Source: Terriglobia bacterium | Lineage (GTDB): Bacteria > Acidobacteriota > Terriglobia > JAJPHL01 > JAPKYU01 | Direction of reading: 5' to 3' | DNA: 64,000 nt | Assembly (NCBI GenBank): GCA_965223005.1 | Contig: CBDCVK010000009.1 | Coordinates: forward strand, 51,386 to 115,385 | Shown: positions 57,871 through 64,000 of the stretch, in pieces | Numbering within the stretch: position 1 is the stretch's first letter | How the letters are laid out: each line of letters starts with the position of its first letter | Program-made: the position numbers and the translations under genes | Notes under the pieces: generated by a model | What the model saw: the letters and a program-made list of their open reading frames with translations, nothing else | Databases searched by the model: none | What the model was told of the DNA's origin: nothing

Positions 57871-60749
57871 ATGGGTTGGGTGACGAATGCGCCCTCGTCG
57901 TTTGCTAAGAACCCGATTCCGCTAAGTTCCGGAGTAGATGAGCTGCCAAGAATCTCAAGGCTACCCTCACCGGTCGCGGTGCACGGAAGGACATCCCGAA
58001 GCAAGAAGGCTCTGTGCTCGCCGTCGACAAACGAAAGCGTTGTACTGCAGCGCACAGCCCCCTCCACCCCCGACCGCGCCGTCAGCGTGACGGTCTGCGC
58101 CACCCGGGAGACCAACGCCAGCGACGGGGTGAAACCGCCGTCCGACACGTAGGGCACGTAAGCGGTGCTATGGCGCGTGTTCGTCGCCGGGATTCCGGCC
58201 ATGAAGGGTGGACGGCCAGGCACAAGTTGGACAAATGTCGCGTTGACGGCAACCGAATCGTTTGGGGTCGACGTGATTCGAGCGTAACCGATCCGGGCGC
58301 CGGAGCCGTTCGGGACTGTCTGAACCGCCGTATAGCCCCCCGGCTGAAGCGTCGCCGTGAAACCGACGAACTCGCCGCCCAATGTCGGCATGCTCATAGG
58401 GGCTCCCTGGGAGTCGAAGAACTCGACAGTGACCGTCGCGGGTCCGCTCGTCACGTTCACGGCGCTGAAAATCGTGAAGAACCCGCTCTCAGGCGTGCCA
58501 GTGTTGGCGATCTGGGGGATGATGTCTGGTAAGGCGACCGTGATCTTGGCGATAAAGGCGTGACCAGAACCCGCGCCAAAAGTGGCCTGGAAGGCTCCCC
58601 CCGTCGTGGGGAAGTCCATACTAGAGGTAATTCCTGTCACATACGCGTTGCCGGGGGCATCTGCGGCAATGGCCACGCCAATATCAGTTATATTGCCGCC
58701 GAGGTAGGTGGAATAAACGAGAGCGTTGCCAGCGGCATTCAATTTCGTGACAAAGGCGTCGCCGGCAAATAAGCCGCTGCTGCCGGTGCCGCCGTAGGCA
58801 GGCTGGACGGGGCTGGCCGTGGGGAAGTCAGTGGAATTCGTCTGCCCTATCACGTAAGCGTTGCCGGTGGTGTCTACGGCGATGCCGCGGCCACCGTCGT
58901 CGTCGCTGCCGCCGAGGTAGGTGGAATAAACGAGAGCGTTGCCGGCGGCATTCAATTTCGTCACAAAGGCGTCGAGGCCGCCACCGTTAGCGGGCTGGAG
59001 GGGACTGGCCGTGGGGAAGTCGACCGTCTGGCCCGTCACGTAGGCGTTGCCGGAGGAGTCTAGGGCGATGCCCTCGCCAAAGTCAAAGCTGCTGCCACCG
59101 AGGTAGGTGGAGTAAACGAGAGTATTGCCGGCGGCATTCAATTTCGTCACAAAGGCGTCGGAGCGACCCCCGAAAGCGGGCTGGAAGGAACTCGCCGTGG
59201 GGAAGTCGGGCGAACGCGTCCAACCCGTCACGTAGGCGTTGCCGGAGGCGTCTACGGCGACGCCCGTGGCCTCCTCGAATCCGCTACCGCCGAGGTAGGT
59301 GGAGTGAACCAGAGCACTGCCGGCGGCATTCAATTTCGTCACAAAGGCGTCGGAGCGACCCCCGAAAGCGGGCTGGAAGGAACTCGCCGTGGGGAAGTCG
59401 GGCGAACGCGTCCAACCCGTCACGTAGGCGTTGCCGGAGGCGTCTAGGGCGATGCCGCGGCCAACGTCGGTGCCGAAGCCGCCCAGGTAGGTGGAGTAAA
59501 CCAGAGCGTTGCCGGCGGCATTCAATTTCGTCACAAAGGCGTCGAAGATGCCGCCGTTGTACTGTGGCTGGATGGGACTGGCCCTGGTCCTGGCGAAGCC
59601 GAACGAATTCGTGGACCCCGTGACGTAGGCATTGCCTGAGGAGTCCACAGCGATGGCATTACCGGCCTCCTGCCCGTCGCCGCCCAGGTAGGTGGAGTAA
59701 ACCAGAGCATCCCCGGCGGCATTCAATTTCGTCACAAAGGCGTCGGAGCCGCCGCCGAAAGCAGCCTGGAAGGAACTCGCCGTGGGGAAGTCGGTCGAAC
59801 TGGTGTTGCCCGTCACGTAGACGTTGCCTGCGGTGTCTACGGCTATGCCCAAGCCGCTGTCCCCTACGGCGCTGCCGCCGCCAAGGTAGGTGGAGTAGCT
59901 CAGCACCGGGTCAATGATGAGCGGCTTGCTAGCATCATACGCGGCCACCTGGAAACCAACCTGGCGCCCGCCGTTGAGCACGTAGGCCCCGGCGATTTCC
60001 CGCCGGACGCCGTCTACCTGCTGATAGACCAATGGCTATTGCAGGCGAACTTGACCACCGTCGCTGTACAACACCAGGTCGCCTTGGGCATCTATTTCCA
60101 GTTTATCTTCACCCTCGAAGGCGAGCTGGATGGCCCCAGGATCGGTCCCGGGATTGACGATCAGGTCGTACTCCAGCTGTCTCTGGTTGCCGTAATAAAC
60201 CAGGTCCACTCCGGGATAAACGTCCTCGTACTGCACTTTGGCGTAGTGAAGGACATTGGTGCGCCACTTGGACGGGTCGTTGCCGAGGAAGTAGTTGCTC
60301 TTTCCGGGCAGCTCCTCCAACCCCGAAACCCGTGGCGATGGGTTGGCGCCGACCAGCTTCATACGTAGCACGGCCGTTGGGGCAGCAGGAGCCTGCTCCG
60401 CTTCTGCATTGCGCGGCGTCCCATTGTCTCTGCGCGGTCTGTTGGACGCGACGGGCTTGCGCAAGGCCAACACTGCCTCAGTGGGAGTCAAGAACAGGGT
60501 GTAGCCGCTGCCCCGCGACAGGAAGTCCACATGGTTGTCGGTCTGCCCCTCATTGGCTTCAAAGCTTAGCGGCAGCTTGCCGTAAGCCTCCACGACCTGC
60601 AGCTTGTTGGCCGCCGGAGTGTTCGCTGCGGAGTATGACTCGCGGGCAAGGCCAGGGCGGGAACCCAGTCCCACCACGGCGACGCCTAGCAGCCCGAGCG
60701 TTAGAAGCGCCATTCCCGGTCCCACGGTACCAAGCAAGGTCCTGTGCAT
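57858..60749 (-). pseudogene. SBBP beta-propeller repeat secreted protein interrupted by an in-frame TAG
   Basis: [37 protein letters not shown], repeated DAFVTKLN; ORFs 60036-60749 and 57858-60032 share a frame, TAG at 60036-60038. Confidence 0.8.
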
Positions 60750-60861
60750 GGTTGTTCTCCCCCTCGGAAGCGAACGACCAAGGCTACACCCAGCGGGGTC
60801 GCGAGTCCAGGAATGCCGGATAGGTCGCCACTAACGGGCTAGCGTCTATCAATCCCGGTTT

Positions 60862-60895
60862 CACTTGGACGTATAGTCGACTATCCGGACAAGTG
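60862..60895 (-). repeat. 34-bp site B4 (spacer GTCGAC)
   Basis: Minus strand CACTTGTCCGGATA GTCGAC TATACGTCCAAGTG. Confidence 0.9.
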
Positions 60896-61047
60896 CCTAC
60901 CTTGAGGCGCTACCCAACCAGCGCCGACGCTGGGGCAGGCCGGGACTCGGTGGTAGGCTGCGCTGGCATTGGGGTCTACCGTGAGGAGACCTCGATCGCC
61001 TGAACTCGAATGATCCCGAATCGTGTAGAATTGTGTGGGAGGTGCGG

Positions 61048-61488
61048 ATGGCTGGAAGAATGGTGGTCATTGTGGTCGCGACGGTTATCATAGCTCTGAC
61101 ATTCGCACCACGTGCGGCATTGACCCAGGAAAAGAAGACGGAACGCATTGCCATTTCGGAACTGAAGAAAAAGCTCGACAGCGACGAGAAGTTCCTCTTG
61201 ATCGATGTCCGCGAGGACTGGGAAATGAAAAGGGACGGTGCGATCCCCGGTGCCATCCACATCTCGGTGGCCGAGCTCGACAAGCGGATGAAGGACATCC
61301 CCAAGAATATCCGGCTTGTCTTCTACTGACAGGGTGGGGGGCGCGCGTCGCGTGCTGCCGAGAAATTCGTCAGAGCGGGCTACAAAGCAGGTCAGTTTTG
61401 CGGCATTCGGGATTGGAAGAAAGAAGGTCAGAAGGTCGTTGAGAAGATAGACCGGCCGGCGGAAGGATCGATCCGGCAGAAGCGGTAG
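61048..61488 (+). CDS. Exported rhodanese-domain protein, probable selenoprotein (TGA at 61327-61329)
   Basis: LIDVRE, GAIPGAIHI, VFY-TGA-QGGGRASRAA...GIRDWKKEG continues in frame to TAG at 61486. Confidence 0.8.
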
Positions 61489-61688
61489 TAGATTCCCAGT
61501 CGGGACATGTCACAAGCGACGGTCGCAGACCGCCGCTTTTCTACGTTACCTGGACCGTCGTCCGAGGCCGCTGACCGAAGCAAGGGATACCCCACACAAT
61601 CCGGGCAGAACATACGTAAGCACTAGCCTGTTTGTGGGGACTATTGGCCTTTTTGCGCTAGACCTGCTTCCCCGAAGGCGATCCAAGG

Positions 61689-61722
61689 CACTTGTCCGGT
61701 TAGCGCGTTATACGTCAAAGTG
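61689..61722 (+). repeat. 34-bp site A6
   Basis: CACTTGTCCGGTTA GCGCGT TATACGTCAAAGTG. Confidence 0.9.
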
Positions 61723-61869
61723 GCCGGCGTGGCAGCATCGGTGAGTGCTAACCGACTAGTGGGAGACCTATCCGGCAAGTCTGAGTCAACTCTTGCCGTT
61801 TCATGGGTCACTCAGGCAAGCCTGCCAATTCTCTCCTGCGCTGCGGCTCTTCTGGCGCGGGCCCCCAAC

Positions 61870-62076
61870 TCAAACCCGAATCGACGATGACCCGAATGCC
61901 GCTGAACTACAAAAATCTTGCCCGCGACGACGGATTTTGTCGTTCTCCTTCAAGCACAGCACTACATGGGCCCCGGCCAAGTCATGCCAGTCGGCCGCTA
62001 CCAAGGCGCCTGTCTCGCTATAGTCCACCAACCCGCCCCTTACGTTGCTCCTGTAAGTAACCAGGAGCACCTCCAC
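61870..62076 (-). pseudogene. Possible PilZ-domain remnant
   Basis: VRGGLVDYSETGALV resembles the PilZ DxSxxG motif. Confidence 0.35.
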
Positions 62077-62221
62077 AGAAGGCGCAGTTGTGCTTGGGCA
62101 GCCGACTCTGTGTTAGGGGGGAATACCCACACCGGGCAATCACTAAGCTCTACATGCGCCAATCCGTGGTGGGGTTTACGCCCGCTGAGAAGAGTGCACC
62201 GAGAGGGGTACTACCGCGCGG

Positions 62222-63301
62222 CTATGCTGCGGCTGGGCCATCCCCCAGGGGTAGTCGAACTGCCTGGCCATCGCCTTTCTTATCGGCCATTCCTGCCGGC
62301 AGAGCGACAGCCTTTATCTTGTAAAGCAGCGCCCGGTAGCTGATGCGGAGCACCCGGGCAGCTTCTTTCCGGTTCCAGTTGTTGGCTTGCAATACCTTGA
62401 GGATAATTCTGTGCTCCATTTTCCGAACTGCGTTGCGGGTCAACTGTTTAAGGGAAACTCGGCGGCTGAAGGGCACCTCCGGGTCAAAATGGCTCTGTTC
62501 GCCCGTCGGCAATTCCGTGATGGCTGTTTCTTCCGACCCAAGAATCACGTACCACTTGATCACATTTTTCAGCTCGCGAATATTCCCCGGCCACTCATAG
62601 TCTCGCAGGAGTTTCAGGAGGCGCGAGGAAGGCCGCCGGACCCCGCAGTTGAACTTTTCGCGGTAAAACTGCAGAAAGTAATTCACTAGATCCGGGATGT
62701 CGCCACTGCGCTCGCGCAGCGGTAACAGTTGCATATTCACCACATTAATGCGGTAAAAAAGATCCGAGCGGAAGGAGCCGCTCTTCGTCTCCTCCTCCAG
62801 CCGACGATTGGTGGCGCAGACCACCCGTACCTCCACCCGCTTGTCTTCCCGAGCGCCAATCCGGCTAAACTGGCCATCCTGCAACAACTGCGACAATTTG
62901 GCCTGCAACATCGGGTCTAACTCGGCGATTTCATCCAAAAACAGCGTGCCCCGGTGGGCCAGTTCCACTTGGCCCGGCTTGGTTCCATAGGCCTCGGTGA
63001 ACGCCCCCTTCTCATAGCCGAACAGCTCACTTTCCAGCAGTGTGCCGAGAATCGCCGGGCAGTGGACTTTGACAAAGGGACCGTCTTCCCACGGAGAGCG
63101 CATGTGGAGCAACTTGGCCACTAACCCTTTGCCGGTCCCGCTTTCCCCGCAGATCAACACCGGAACATTGGCCCCGGCCACCTTCTGCGCTTTTTGCCGC
63201 ACCGCTTGCATAGCTTCCGACCGCCCGAAGATGACCGGTTCGGGTGGCAGAATGCCGACAGCGGCGGAGGGATAGGATTCAGTCGCCGGGATGGATGCCA
63301 T
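62222..63301 (-). CDS. Sigma-54-dependent transcriptional activator lacking an N-terminal input domain
   Basis: GESGTGK, ESELFGYEKGAFTEA, FLDEI, DLFYRINV, WPGNIREL, Fis-type HTH. Confidence 0.88.
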   Translation of the reverse strand: MASIPATESYPSAAVGILPPEPVIFGRSEAMQAVRQKAQKVAGANVPVLICGESGTGKGLVAKLLHMRSPWEDGPFVKVHCPAILGTLLESELFGYEKGAFTEAYGTKPGQVELAHRGTLFLDEIAELDPMLQAKLSQLLQDGQFSRIGAREDKRVEVRVVCATNRRLEEETKSGSFRSDLFYRINVVNMQLLPLRERSGDIPDLVNYFLQFYREKFNCGVRRPSSRLLKLLRDYEWPGNIRELKNVIKWYVILGSEETAITELPTGEQSHFDPEVPFSRRVSLKQLTRNAVRKMEHRIILKVLQANNWNRKEAARVLRISYRALLYKIKAVALPAGMADKKGDGQAVRLPLGDGPAAA

Positions 63302-63681
63302 TAGGTCCTCCTAAATCGTCGTCAATGAGCAAGACTTTGGGTCGTTCCATGCCTCATGGCTCCAGTTGGTGGTGTTCAAATACGCCTCGATAACTCTCCA
63401 GCACCACTCACCGGGAGAATCCGTAGAAACTCCGGCAGGCTCCTGCGGCTCATCCGTGCCGCAACTACCACGCAGAACAGCGCTGCCATGGCCTGGGTTC
63501 TTGTCGGGTTCATAACAGCATCTAGTCAAACGCAACGGCAGCAAGCAGCCAATAGGCTAACAGTTACATTTTGCTCGGTCCTTTGGACCAGCAGGGGCGC
63601 GCCCAACAGATCCGGACAACTGCGAACATAAAGTAGAATCAGTCAGTTATGAACCATTACGCGTCGCTAGAACCTACTTTT

Positions 63682-64000
63682 TCAACATCCTGCTCGGGAG
63701 AATCGCTTGAGGTAGACAATCAGCCGTATCCGGTCCTCGGGAAGCGTCTCCACAAAAGTGACCCCACACCCGTACACAAAGTGGCGCACCAAACCGTTTA
63801 CCTCGATCTGTTCGCCACCCCCGAGGGAGAATCGCAATTGCACCTGCGAGCCCACCGCCGGGAGCTTGGGTCCGGCTAGGAAAAGACCCAGCCTCGATAT
63901 GTTTACACCGAAGGTTTCCACGGTTCTGCCTTGGAATTTGCAAGAGACGGGAATCTCCAACGGAAAGCGAGAGTAGCGGCGAGCATCATCTTGCGTGATG
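63682..64000 (-). CDS. PilZ-domain protein (5' end outside window)
   Basis: DARRYSRFP (RxxxR) and NISRLG motifs. Confidence 0.7.
   Translation of the reverse strand, partial: ITQDDARRYSRFPLEIPVSCKFQGRTVETFGVNISRLGLFLAGPKLPAVGSQVQLRFSLGGGEQIEVNGLVRHFVYGCGVTFVETLPEDRIRLIVYLKRFSRAGC

Noticed and set aside
60036-60038. Pyrrolysine or other programmed amber readthrough
   Set aside because: Non-catalytic position, one-base change from AAG, no pyl genes seen

Overview
High-GC bacterial chromosome segment, most likely Acidobacteriota (inferred from four Solibacter-type TIGR03437-like C-terminal domains and the gene order). Bases 1-26.9 kb are core genome: glnE, an Nramp-like transporter, icd-mdh, lipA, udgB, 2-oxoacid dehydrogenase E1 alpha/beta split by an intact IS1182-like element, HTH-pilMNOPQ, pepQ-accB-accC-thiE, two internally deleted amino-acid permeases and tRNA-Pro(CGG). 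From the tRNA to the window end is a mosaic accessory region. Its main feature is an array of at least 9 clear (plus 2 degenerate) 34-bp imperfect palindromes (14-bp arm/6-bp spacer/14-bp arm). They fall into two spacer classes that point in opposite directions and almost strictly alternate, carry conserved accessory flanks, and separate unrelated gene modules (DUF3179, an RpoD-like sigma factor, rhomboid, large secreted proteins, PilZ proteins, a probable selenocysteine rhodanese, a sigma-54 activator). This resembles a site-specific-recombination cassette array with pdif-module logic but a non-dif site; no intact recombinase lies in the window. The region also holds a 46-bp tRNA-Pro att duplication, a tRNA-fMet att relic, an IS256 and decayed IS5-like pieces. 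Family assignments come from motif recognition by eye, not database searches.
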